A DNA stretch of 64,000 nucleotides, taken from Dehalococcoidia bacterium. Its GTDB lineage: Bacteria; Chloroflexota; Dehalococcoidia; Bin125. The notes beneath the pieces were generated by a model that did not search any database, had not been told where the DNA came from, and saw nothing but the letters and a program-made list of their open reading frames with translations. The stretch lies in the NCBI GenBank assembly GCA_963663235.2, contig CAXXNO010000004.1:704001-768000 (forward strand). Reading direction: 5' to 3'. Positions 20,343 through 30,092 of this stretch are shown here, in pieces (position 1 is the stretch's first letter; each line of letters starts with the position of its first letter). The translations under genes and the position numbers were made by a program.

Positions 20343-21161
20343 TCAAATCTCGGGGGGTCGGCCGCTGCGCCTCCCTCGGCTGACGCGGGCTGACGGCCAC
20401 ACCGTTATCCAAACCAGCCCGGGGGCTACGAACAGGAGGACCTGCGCCCAGGACGCCCCAAAACCGACTGCCCACAGCAGCACAAGCGCGACGAGGACGA
20501 GGCCAAGGAGCGTGAGCGCGGCCGCATCGTCGCGATGCCGAGCCTGAACGGCCAAAACGATCCCGATCACACCCAGCGGTAGGTAGAACAACGCGTAGAC
20601 CAGCACCAGCAGAATCAGCGCCCCCTCAAAGTCGGAAAGGCTCCAAAATACATTGGTAAAGGGGCCCGGCTTAGGCTGCGCATGCGACGCGCGCGCCAGG
20701 TGCGGCACCCACCATGCCAGCGGGACGAAGATTGCGAGGGCTCCCGCCCACCCCAGGGCTTCCGTAAGGCGGCTTACGCGACGAGAATCTGCGGTCTTCA
20801 GACTCCGCTCGCTGTTGTGGTCCATCGCCGCTCGCGCGGCGGAGCCGCGAGTTTGCGCTTCGGGGCTGACGTCCCCCCTGCATCGCGGGCAAATCCGCGC
20901 GTGTTGCGATAGCCACCACCCGTCATATTTCGGTATTCCGGCGAGTTCCACTTCCAAGGAGAGGTAGCATCGCCTGCAGTACCTCGCATCACAGTTGTTG
21001 CAGGATCTCCAGCGTAAGATGAGTCGCCCTAGCCAGCCGCGCTCCGTTCCACAGACATAGCAGGCTGCCATCCGTGACCACGATCTCCCGGCGCGGGTTC
21101 CATGCGGGTTGTCATCTGGGAGTGGATCATGCCCGTGGTCCCGGTCGCTGCGGTTTGACAT
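20343..21161 (-). CDS. Membrane protein with an N-terminal 8-Cys FYVE-like zinc finger
   Basis: CYVC-x16-CNNC-x4-CRRC-x25-CPRC followed by about 4 TM helices; AAGGGGAG RBS. Confidence 0.65.
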   Translation of the reverse strand: MSNRSDRDHGHDPLPDDNPHGTRAGRSWSRMAACYVCGTERGWLGRLILRWRSCNNCDARYCRRCYLSLEVELAGIPKYDGWWLSQHARICPRCRGDVSPEAQTRGSAARAAMDHNSERSLKTADSRRVSRLTEALGWAGALAIFVPLAWWVPHLARASHAQPKPGPFTNVFWSLSDFEGALILLVLVYALFYLPLGVIGIVLAVQARHRDDAAALTLLGLVLVALVLLWAVGFGASWAQVLLFVAPGLVWITVWPSARVSRGRRSGRPPEI

Positions 21162-21287
21162 TCGCAGGCTCCCCTTCCGCGGGCTGATCACCGACGGCCC
21201 CCGATGCCGCTGCCGAAACTGGCGGGCACGACGTGCGCCGCCCGACAACAGATGGTGGGAGCGACACACGGAGCGTTCAATGGCGGG

Positions 21288-21491
21288 TCAGAAGACCGCG
21301 ATGGCGACGCGCACGATCCAATACGCCATGGCCAAGAGCGCCAAGACGCCCCAGATGCCGAACTCGTCGTCCTTCGTATTCGCCTTCGAATCGACGGTGC
21401 CGGATGCGGCGGCTGAACCGCGCGCGCGATCCCTCATCGCGTCGCCGGCGTCGCTGGGTCCGCTCGTGTCCTCGTTGGGTAGACGTCGCAT
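21288..21491 (-). CDS. Small single-TM hypothetical protein
   Basis: GGAGGTG RBS; C-terminal hydrophobic helix. Confidence 0.45.
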   Translation of the reverse strand: MRRLPNEDTSGPSDAGDAMRDRARGSAAASGTVDSKANTKDDEFGIWGVLALLAMAYWIVRVAIAVF

Positions 21492-21703
21492 CGCTCACCT
21501 CCGTTCTGTGCAGCATGGTCGCCTGTCGCCCGACCGGCGGCGAGTGACAGATGGCCTATCCCGCAGAGGACAGGTGGCCCATTACGCAGTGCGCTCTCGA
21601 CTGGCCTCACAGCGGCCACGCCAGGCCGCACACCAGGATCGCTCCCAAGACGCCGAATGCGGCACCGATCAGAGGCGCCGTGCCGCCGACGGGCCGGCCG
21701 CGG

Positions 21704-22726
21704 TCAGCGCTGCTCGAGCCTGTAGACCCGGCGAGCGGTGTCGTGGAACATTGCGGCTCGCTCGTCGGGCGTGAAGTCACGGGTCAGCTTCTTGAACTGA
21801 TTCCAGAGGACCGTGTAACTGCACGAGGTCCTATCGACCGGGAAGTTGCTCTCGAACATGCAGCGCGCCGGGCCGAACTGCTCGATCGCGAAGAGGTACC
21901 AGTCGCGGTTGCGCTCAACCAGCTCGTCGGAAGTGGGCGGCTTGGGCCGCTTGTGCCAGCCGTAGCCGTTCACGGCCATCTGGATGCCCCCGAGTTTCAC
22001 CACCACGTTGGCGCAGGTCGCGAGCTGTGCGACGTCCGTCTTCCAGGCGCGGTAGATCTCGTCGCGCCGGCCCTCGTACGGCCCGATGCCCAGGGGGCCG
22101 CCGAGATGGTTGAGGATGATGGTGGTGTCCGGGAAGGCGCGCGCCAAGTCCGTGAGCTCCGGGATCTGGTGGTGGTACACCCAGGCATCGAAGCTGAGGC
22201 CGTTGGTCTCGAGCCGGGCGAACCCCTCGCGGAAGGTGGGGTCGCCGAGCAGTCCCTGAGGCGGATTGGTCGGGGAGCTGCGGATGGCGTCACTCGCATC
22301 CCAGCCCGCCGTATGGCGGATGCCCCGGAATCGATTCAGGCTGGCCGCGAGGTGATCTTCGAGTGTCCCGGAGATCGCGTCGCCCGCGCTAAGGTCGGCG
22401 AAGCCAACGATGCCGGCGGCCGCGCGCAGATCGCCGAACTGCCCGCTGGCGCTCTGCGCCGCGATGCCCTGGACGAACTCCGTCTCACCGACGGGGCGGA
22501 GAAGATCCGGGCCATCGGCGCGGTACATGGACTGGCATTCCACGAAGACGGTCTGGCGGACGTTGTGCCCCGCGAGATCATCGCGGAGTTCCGCCAGCAG
22601 GTAGCGTTCCGCAGGAACGTCCCAGAGGTGGTGGTGGGGATCGATGATCGGCAATTCGGGCTCGATCGCGTCCTCGTCCGTTAGCCGCAGCCACTCCGCC
22701 TTGGTCAGCTTTGCTGAAGTCGACAA
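21704..22726 (-). CDS. Amidohydrolase_2 family protein (lactonase-like)
   Basis: GGAGGAGG RBS with a TTG start; IIDPHHHLW, VGETEFV, ILNHLGGP, CMFESNFPVD. Confidence 0.92.
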   Translation of the reverse strand: MSTSAKLTKAEWLRLTDEDAIEPELPIIDPHHHLWDVPAERYLLAELRDDLAGHNVRQTVFVECQSMYRADGPDLLRPVGETEFVQGIAAQSASGQFGDLRAAAGIVGFADLSAGDAISGTLEDHLAASLNRFRGIRHTAGWDASDAIRSSPTNPPQGLLGDPTFREGFARLETNGLSFDAWVYHHQIPELTDLARAFPDTTIILNHLGGPLGIGPYEGRRDEIYRAWKTDVAQLATCANVVVKLGGIQMAVNGYGWHKRPKPPTSDELVERNRDWYLFAIEQFGPARCMFESNFPVDRTSCSYTVLWNQFKKLTRDFTPDERAAMFHDTARRVYRLEQR

Positions 22727-23086
22727 CCGGCACCTCCTCCACTTCGGCGTTACCGTGCGGACAACGTACGTTACCAGGCCGGTCCGGACGGCCCTTGCGT
22801 TTCCACCAGTTCCTCGGTCCGTCCGACCGCGGCACATGCTGATGATGCCTGGCTCGCCTCGGTCTGGGAAGCCTCTCGTTGCGCGTGGCTCGGCTCTCGA
22901 CGCGCGGGGCATCCGGAGCGCGGAGCGTCCCTGGTCCGGGTGACCGACCGACGGCGCCAAGAGACGTGGGGACGGGTGGTAGCATCGGCCGACAACCCGA
23001 GCCCTGAGTCGCTTCGGAACGGTGCGCGACGGACCGGCGGGCGGGGTTCCAATCCAGGGCCGCTCGGGCGACAGGGAGGCGAAGCG

Positions 23087-24511
23087 ATGGCGACGAACGA
23101 GGAGATCCGCACCGTCCGGGCGATCGCCGACGGGCTGGCAGCGGGCGAATTCTCGAGCCGCGAGATCACGCAGGTCTTGCTGGACCACATCGAGCGGACG
23201 GACGGGACGATCCGGGCGTTCACCCGGCTGGCACCGGAGGTGGCACGGAAGGCGGCGGCCGCGGCGGACGAACGGCGGCGCGCCGGCCGGGTCATCGGCC
23301 CGCTGGACGGCGTGCCCTACGTCGCGAAGGACATCGTGGAGACGGCGGGGATCGAGACGACAGGCTCGTCCGACATGCTCAAAGGGAACGTGCCGACTCG
23401 CAACGCTTCCGTAGTGGAACGATTCAACGCGGCGGGGGCGGTGCTGATGGGGAAGGTGAACACGCATCAGTTCGCCTTCGGGGTGCAGACGCCCCCGACC
23501 CGCAACCCGTGGGACATGGAGACCGCGCGGGTGCCGGGAGGATCGAGCGGCGGGACCGGCGCAGCGGTGGCATCCGGGCAGGTACCGATCGGGTTCGGCA
23601 CGGACACGGGCGGCTCGATCCGCATCCCGGCCTGCCTGAACGGAATCACGGGCTTGAAGGCGACCTTTGGACGGGTGCCGAAGGACGGAGTGTACGCGCA
23701 AGCGTGGTCGGCGGACCACATTGGGCCGATGTGCTGGACGGCGGAGGATGCGGCAATCGCGCTGAGCGTAGTGGCGGGGTATGACGCACGGGACATCAAC
23801 TCATCGAAGCGGCCGGTAGAGGACTACGTGGCGAAGTTGGGCGGCGGGGTGCAGGGGTTGCGGGTGGCAGTGTCGACCAACCACTTCGTCAGCCACTATC
23901 CGGGCGTGACCAACGCCTTCCAGGCGGCGGTCGATGCCTTGCGAGGGTTGGGCGGCGAGATCGTCGAGGTCACGATGCCCAAGAGCCTGGACTTCAGCCA
24001 ACCGCTGGCGTTCGCTATCGCACTGGGCGATTCGGGGGCGTGGCACGGCCCGCGCCTGCGCCGGCAAGAGAAGGACTACCAGGCCGACGTGGCCAGCTAC
24101 TTAAAGGTGGGCGAAGTCATGCTCGCCACCGATTACATCAACGCGCAGCGGTATCGCTCGCGCATCATCGCGGAGATGCGCCAGTTGTGGCGGGACCAGC
24201 GCATCGACGTGCTGGTCACCCCCACGCTGGCGGTGACCGCGGCCCAGCATGGACAGATGGAGTACAAGGCGGCCGATGGCTTTGAGGAGACGCTGATGTC
24301 AGCCTCCGTGCGTTGCACCGTGCCCTTCAACGTCACCGGTCAGCCGGCCCTGACGGTGCCGTGCGGCTTCGATGAGCAAGGGCTGCCGGTGGGGCTGCAG
24401 ATCATCGCGCGGCCGTGGGCCGAAGCCCTGATGCTGCGGGTGGGGCACGCCTACCAGCAGGCGACCGACTGGCACACGAGACGCCCGGCGATCGCGACGC
24501 TCGGCGCCTGA
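23087..24511 (+). CDS. Amidase signature enzyme, copy 2 (paralogue of 9983..11407)
   Basis: Same length (474 aa) and near-identical termini; GGSSGG and GTDTGGSIRIPA. Confidence 0.95.
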   Translation: MATNEEIRTVRAIADGLAAGEFSSREITQVLLDHIERTDGTIRAFTRLAPEVARKAAAAADERRRAGRVIGPLDGVPYVAKDIVETAGIETTGSSDMLKGNVPTRNASVVERFNAAGAVLMGKVNTHQFAFGVQTPPTRNPWDMETARVPGGSSGGTGAAVASGQVPIGFGTDTGGSIRIPACLNGITGLKATFGRVPKDGVYAQAWSADHIGPMCWTAEDAAIALSVVAGYDARDINSSKRPVEDYVAKLGGGVQGLRVAVSTNHFVSHYPGVTNAFQAAVDALRGLGGEIVEVTMPKSLDFSQPLAFAIALGDSGAWHGPRLRRQEKDYQADVASYLKVGEVMLATDYINAQRYRSRIIAEMRQLWRDQRIDVLVTPTLAVTAAQHGQMEYKAADGFEETLMSASVRCTVPFNVTGQPALTVPCGFDEQGLPVGLQIIARPWAEALMLRVGHAYQQATDWHTRRPAIATLGA

Positions 24512-24728
24512 AGCGCGAGGGCACCGTCGGAGCCGATCGGGCCGCTGCTTGCCCAGGAAGGGTCGCGGGTTCACGTGGCGGCTGCCGCCGCGGACGCCCG
24601 GGTGGACGAGAACCGTCGTCGGTGCAAGCGGCATCCGCGGCATCGTCGAGTGGGTATACTGCCGCCACTGATCGAGGAACGATCGCTCCCGCGCTGGGGG
24701 AGCCGGGTTCCGGAAAGGCTGGGGCGTC

Positions 24729-25994
24729 GTGGTCAAAGTGATGTTGCAGATTTACCCGGTGCTCCCAGCGGCAGACGAAGACGAACGGCGGGCGCTGCGC
24801 CCCATTGGCCGCAACGTGGAGCGCTACCACGACGTGATCCTTGGGTGCGATGACCTGGTCAAGGCCTGCGACGAGCTGGGGCTGTGGGGCGTGTCCACGA
24901 TCGAGCACCACTTCCACTCCGAGGGCTATGAGGTGGGGCCGAGCCCGGGCATGCTCAACATGCGCTGGGGGACACTGACGAAGAAACTCCGCGTCGGCGC
25001 GCTTGGCTACGTGATGAGCGCGCAGCACCCCATTCGGGTGGCCGAGGAGATCGCGATCCTGGACCATCTGACGGAGGGCCGGTGCTTCGTCGGGTTTGCG
25101 CGCGGCTACCAAGACCGCTGGACGAACATCATCGGCCAACACCTGGGCACGCGGGCGACCCACTCGGACGGCAGCGCCGACGACCAGATCAACCGCGACA
25201 TCTTCGAGCAGCAGGTGCAGATGGTGCTGAACGCCTGGACGCAGGAGAGCATCGAGCAGAACACACCTCTGTGGCAGATCCCCTACCCCTACGAGGAGGG
25301 GATCGACTGGTGGATGGCGGAATCCACGGAGCGCCTGGGCGCTCCGGGCGAGATAGGCGACGACGGCCGCGTTCATCGCGTGAGCGTCGTGCCAGCGCCC
25401 TACACCAAGCCGTATCCCCCCGTGTTCGTCGCGAGCAGCGGGTCGGAACGCACCGTGGAGTACTGCGGCCGGATGGGCTTTATTCCGACCTACTTCACCA
25501 ACGTCGAGAACGGCGCGGAGATGGGCCAGATCTACTTGAAAGCCACCCGCGCCGCCGGCCACGACGTGCAGTTCGGCGAGCGGCAAGCCACCACGCGCTG
25601 GCTGCAGCTGGGGGACACGCACGAAGACGCCGTCGAAGCCGTGGCGAAGTACGACGCCGAGATCCAGCGCAATTTCTACAACCAGCTTGCCCTGGTGGCC
25701 CGACAGGACCGCAAGACGCTGCCGCTGAAGAGCAGCGTCAACGCGTTCACCGAGGTGATCGAGGAGTCAGAGCAGCACTGCGTGGGCACCGTGGACGAAG
25801 TGCGCGCCAAGATGGTGCGGCAATGGCAGAAAGTGCCGTCGGAGTACTGTGTTCTGATCCTGCATTACGCGCAGCAGCCGCTGGACAGCGTGATCTGGAA
25901 CCTGGAGAAGTTCATGACGGAGATCAAGCCAGCCCTGGATGAGCTCGCTCCCACGCCCGAGACGGCGGGGGCGGCAGCGTCACCGGCGGGCTAG
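24729..25994 (+). CDS. LLM-class flavin-dependent oxidoreductase
   Basis: EHHFHSEG, HPIRVAEEIAILDHLTEGRCFVGFARGYQ, PYTKPYPP. Confidence 0.92.
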   Translation: MVKVMLQIYPVLPAADEDERRALRPIGRNVERYHDVILGCDDLVKACDELGLWGVSTIEHHFHSEGYEVGPSPGMLNMRWGTLTKKLRVGALGYVMSAQHPIRVAEEIAILDHLTEGRCFVGFARGYQDRWTNIIGQHLGTRATHSDGSADDQINRDIFEQQVQMVLNAWTQESIEQNTPLWQIPYPYEEGIDWWMAESTERLGAPGEIGDDGRVHRVSVVPAPYTKPYPPVFVASSGSERTVEYCGRMGFIPTYFTNVENGAEMGQIYLKATRAAGHDVQFGERQATTRWLQLGDTHEDAVEAVAKYDAEIQRNFYNQLALVARQDRKTLPLKSSVNAFTEVIEESEQHCVGTVDEVRAKMVRQWQKVPSEYCVLILHYAQQPLDSVIWNLEKFMTEIKPALDELAPTPETAGAAASPAG

Positions 25995-26067
25995 TCGATC
26001 GACGCGGTAGGGCCACGCACTTTCGTGAGAGCCGCGTCGACGAAGACAGCGGCCGAGGCGGGCGGGG

Positions 26068-27105
26068 TTAATCCGCGCGGAGCCGTTCTTCGATCCGCCG
26101 CAAGTTGGCGGGGTCCGGCCGGAGCTCACCAACGGCAAACGAGTGGAAGACCTCCACGACGGCGGCGTTGCAGGGCGTAGGCACGTGCACCTCGCGGCCG
26201 CGGTCCACAACGTAGCCGTTGAGATCATCGATCTCTGTGCGCCGCCCGCGGAGGACGTCTTGCAGGAAGGAAGGGCGGCCCTCGCCGAGTACTGCCGCCC
26301 CTGCGATGAGCTCCGCCTCCAGGGCCGCCCGATCGCGCCCGGCGACCGCGTCGAGGAAACGGTGCGGGGCGATGCCCCAGACGGGCTCCAGGTCATGGCC
26401 CAGCGCGCGGCCGACCTCGATCACTTCAGCGGCGAGGCGGATACAAAGCGACCGGGTGTCGGGCCGGCGCCGGACGTCGGCGGAGCCGTAGCCGGTCAGT
26501 CCGGCGATGGGGTTGGCCATGCAATTGACGGCGAGCTTGGCCCAGCGTTCCCCCGAGAGATTGGTCGTCACCTCGGCCCGCTCGACCAGACTCACGATCT
26601 CGGCGACCCGTCGGGCGCGCTCGGAGTCGCGGCCGTCGAGCTCGCCGATGCGGAACCCGAGCGTGCGGGTGTCCGTGCGCATGGCGTGCCCAGGCTCTTG
26701 GAGCCCGGCACCGATGGTGATGACGCAGCCTAGTGTGCGGTCGCGCCCCACGATGGCCGCGACCCGTTCATCGTTGATGCCGTTCTGGAAGCCGACGACG
26801 AGGCCGTCCGCGCTGAGGTAGGGGTGGATCAGTGCGGTGGCCCAGTCCGTGTCGTACGCCTTCACCGCGATGAAGGCGAGATCAAAGGGCACCGCCGTGG
26901 CCTGTAGTTCCCGGAAATGGAGCGCGGTGACTGGGATCGTGAAATCCCCGAGGGTGCCGGAGAGCCGGAGCCCGTCGCGCTTCATCTTGTCGACGTGCTC
27001 GGGCCATTGCCCAATCAGCGTGACATCGTGACCGGAGCGGGTGAGCATCCCGCCGACCACGGAGCCGATTGCGCCGACGCCAACGATTGCGATCCGCGGG
27101 CCCAT
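26068..27105 (-). CDS. panE: Ketopantoate reductase (PanE/ApbA) family
   Basis: GVGAIGS, AVKAYD, FQNGI, WAKLAVN, SFLQDVLRGRRTEIDDLNGYV. Confidence 0.88.
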   Translation of the reverse strand: MGPRIAIVGVGAIGSVVGGMLTRSGHDVTLIGQWPEHVDKMKRDGLRLSGTLGDFTIPVTALHFRELQATAVPFDLAFIAVKAYDTDWATALIHPYLSADGLVVGFQNGINDERVAAIVGRDRTLGCVITIGAGLQEPGHAMRTDTRTLGFRIGELDGRDSERARRVAEIVSLVERAEVTTNLSGERWAKLAVNCMANPIAGLTGYGSADVRRRPDTRSLCIRLAAEVIEVGRALGHDLEPVWGIAPHRFLDAVAGRDRAALEAELIAGAAVLGEGRPSFLQDVLRGRRTEIDDLNGYVVDRGREVHVPTPCNAAVVEVFHSFAVGELRPDPANLRRIEERLRAD

Positions 27106-27215
27106 CTCACCTCCCCTGCCACCAGGCGCGAGTCTAGATCGCGGTCAGGCCCGGCGGTTGCGCACGATCGGTGGCTCCGCCTCCGCGATGTGCAGCGTCG
27201 GCGCCGGTGGGCCGG

Positions 27216-28166
27216 CTAGGCCAGCCGGCGGAGCTTCTTCAGGCACTTGAGTTCGCGGGGCGGGTCCAGGTACTGGCCGCGGATCGTGAAGGCCGTCTCG
27301 GCGACGTAGATATCGCCCCGGGAGTCCACGGCGATGCCATGGGGCGCGATGAACCGTCCAGGTTGTTCGCCCTCTCGCGGGTCGCCGAAGCGGGCGAGGC
27401 GCTCGCCTTGCGGGCTGAAGATGCTCACGCGATGCCCCAGGCCCGGAGCATCGTCCACGCCAGGAAAGCCGTTCAACTCGCCGATGTAGATGTTGCCGTC
27501 TGGGCCGATGGTCAAGCCGTCCGGCCGATGGATGTTGTTCCACATGGCGAGGAACGTCCCGTCCGCGTCAAAGACCTGCACCCGGTGGCATTCGCGATCC
27601 GCCACGTAGACGCGATCCGCCGCATCCACGGCGACGTTGTGGGGCCGGATGAACTGTCCGGCATCGATACCCGGCTCGCCCCAGCTGAGGAGGTGGCGGC
27701 CGGCAGGCGTGAACTTGTGCACGCAGGCGTTCCCGTACCCGTCCGTGACATAGAGATGCCCCGTCTTAGGCGAGACGGCCGCATGCGTGGGCCGGTTGAA
27801 CGGCTTTCCGCCCCATTCCGGCGCGGGCTGGCCGGGTGTGCCGAAGGTCGCCAACCGTTCGCCCTCCGGGGACCAGCGGGTGATGGTGTGCGTGCCGTCA
27901 TCGGCGCAGTAGATCGAGTCATCAGGGCCGACAAGAATCCCGTGGGCGCGCTCGCTGAAGACGCCGGCGCCGAAGGTGGTGCGGAACGCTCCCTCGCGGT
28001 TGAAGACGATCACCGGGTTCTCCGGGTTGCGGGTCAGGACGTACACGTTGTCGGCCGAATCCACGGCGACACCGGGCGCTTCGTGGAACCGCATTCCAGC
28101 CGGGAGCGCCTCCCAGTCCTCGAGCGCCTCGTAGCGGAAGCCGCCGCTTCCAACTGTGACGACCAT
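27216..28166 (-). CDS. NHL-repeat beta-propeller (PAL-like) protein
   Basis: FNRPT, DGYGN, GQFIRPHNVAVD, ADRECHRVQVF, FIAPHGIAVDSRGDIYVAE. Confidence 0.92.
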   Translation of the reverse strand: MVVTVGSGGFRYEALEDWEALPAGMRFHEAPGVAVDSADNVYVLTRNPENPVIVFNREGAFRTTFGAGVFSERAHGILVGPDDSIYCADDGTHTITRWSPEGERLATFGTPGQPAPEWGGKPFNRPTHAAVSPKTGHLYVTDGYGNACVHKFTPAGRHLLSWGEPGIDAGQFIRPHNVAVDAADRVYVADRECHRVQVFDADGTFLAMWNNIHRPDGLTIGPDGNIYIGELNGFPGVDDAPGLGHRVSIFSPQGERLARFGDPREGEQPGRFIAPHGIAVDSRGDIYVAETAFTIRGQYLDPPRELKCLKKLRRLA

Positions 28167-28240
28167 GGTGCTTCCTCCCTCGACTGCGCGGGCGGCTGTG
28201 AGCAGATCGGACGGCCGTAAAGCGGTTCGTTCGCGGGCCG

Positions 28241-29323
28241 TTAGCCGAGGTCCGTCAAGCGCGGCATCACCTCGTTGGCGAGGAGACTCATAGAGCGCTC
28301 CCATGCCTGGCGCGGCTCCCATTCGTGCGCGACGACGAGGAGGACGCCGAAGCCGCCGGAACCCTCGTAGAGGCGGCGGATCTTTCGCTCGACGTCGTCC
28401 ACCGAGCCGACGATCCAAGTGTTATCCACCAGGTACTCGGGGGTGATCCGCTCGTTCGGCATGTCCGGATCGTCTTTAAAGAGGCCGAGCGCTTCGAACT
28501 TCTTCATGATCACGAGGTTGTAATCGACGTAGTCGCGGGCGAGCACGCCGCCAAGGGCGATCCGTCGCGCTTCCTCGGTCGAGTCTGCCACGAAGACGTC
28601 GCGGCACACCCGCCAGGTCGAGCGATCGGGCGTCCGGCCAGCAGAGCGAGCTCCCTCTTCGACGGTTCTCCAGTGGCCGCGAAGCACGCGCGGCGCACAG
28701 TAGTGGATGCTCATGGGGGACCAGCCGCGCTCACCGGCCCAGGCGAGCGAGGGGGATGTCTCGGACAGGCCGGCGACGGCGATCGGCGGGTAGGGCTTCT
28801 GGTAAGGCTTGAGGTAGAGGTGGGAGGCGACATCGTCCATCGGTTCCGTGACCTTGAAGCGCCACCAGCGATTGCCGTAATAGCCGGGCTCTAGGCCCTG
28901 CCACAGCTCGAGGATGGCGTCGACCATCGCGCGCGCGATCTCATAGTGCTCGCCGGCGACGGAGTCGACGTTGAAGGCATCCATGTCGCCGGGCGAGGCA
29001 CCGGGCCCGACCCCCCATTGGAAGCGGCCGAGCGCGAGATGGTCCAGTTGCGCGATGCGATGGGCGAGGAGGAAGGGGTTGTGATTGGGCAGGCAGCTGA
29101 CGCCGGTCCCGAGCGTGATGCGCTCCGTCCTGGCGAGCGCGTTGGCGATGAAAATCTCCGCCGAGGTGATGTTCTCCCACTCCAGGGTGAGGTGCTCGCC
29201 GATCCAGGCCTCGTCGAATCCGAGCGCGTCGAGCGTGACGACTTGGTGGAGATCGTCGTGCAGGGTCTGGGCGAGATCCGAGCCGGGCGGATGGAGCGGC
29301 TGCATGAAATAGCCAAGCTTCAT
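28241..29323 (-). CDS. LLM-class flavin-dependent oxidoreductase
   Basis: MKLGYFMQPLHPP, EAWIGEH, AQLDHL, KPYQKPYPP. Confidence 0.93.
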   Translation of the reverse strand: MKLGYFMQPLHPPGSDLAQTLHDDLHQVVTLDALGFDEAWIGEHLTLEWENITSAEIFIANALARTERITLGTGVSCLPNHNPFLLAHRIAQLDHLALGRFQWGVGPGASPGDMDAFNVDSVAGEHYEIARAMVDAILELWQGLEPGYYGNRWWRFKVTEPMDDVASHLYLKPYQKPYPPIAVAGLSETSPSLAWAGERGWSPMSIHYCAPRVLRGHWRTVEEGARSAGRTPDRSTWRVCRDVFVADSTEEARRIALGGVLARDYVDYNLVIMKKFEALGLFKDDPDMPNERITPEYLVDNTWIVGSVDDVERKIRRLYEGSGGFGVLLVVAHEWEPRQAWERSMSLLANEVMPRLTDLG

Positions 29324-30092
29324 GGGGGGTTCCTTCCCGGCTCGCCGACGCGCACGAGCCACTCGTTTCCGGATGATCGCACACCGAGCAGACCGGCGCT
29401 CGACACGACGCAGAACGCCACCGCTCAACGGACGCTCCAGGACCATGAGACCACTGCCAGTGTTTCCGCTTGGCGGCAAGGCAGGACCGGGACGAGCGCC
29501 GTTCCGATCCTGTCGAGGGTCGCGGGACCGAGTCCCGTCTCCCGCTCTTGTTCCTCCACCTCAGCCACGGCCACCAGCAAGCGGTAGATCTCGGCAGCCA
29601 GCACGGCGCGTTAGGTGGCGATCCCGGGAGGTCCCACTCGCGGTGCGACCATTGGTCGGCATCCAGCCAAGACCATCGCCAGACGCGGTGGTCGCGCACC
29701 CCGGCCTATCGTGACCCCAGGTGCTGTCCACGGCGCAGGCGTCGTCGTACGCCCCGCACCACGCGTGCTCCCAGATGGGGTGGAACAGTACGAGCCTCGC
29801 GAAACAAGGGACAGCCGTCACAGAGGCGTCGTTGGCTGGTCTTAACTATATAGCGAGGGAGAGCCAGACGGCGCCCGCCTGATCGCGCCGCGGAGCAGGA
29901 CGCAGCGTTGCGGCTCCGAGCGTCGATCACCTCGGGCTGAAGGGTGAGCAGATGCTCGGCCGTCCGACGAGCGGAGCGCCACGGCCGCTGGGCGGGGGCA
30001 CCGGCGGGCGGGATCTCGCGCGGTCCCGAGGCCGACCACACGGCCGGCCCGGTACCCGACCGCACGGCTCCAGGGGAAACGAAAGGCCCGGC

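Noticed and set aside
22727-23719. N-terminal extension of the 671-aa amidohydrolase ORF
   Set aside because: It overlaps amidase copy 2 on the opposite strand; a strong RBS with TTG at 22726 gives the real start.
29340-30090. Small ORFs in the gap before the large secreted protein
   Set aside because: No recognisable motifs or consistent start signals, so I cannot support a call.
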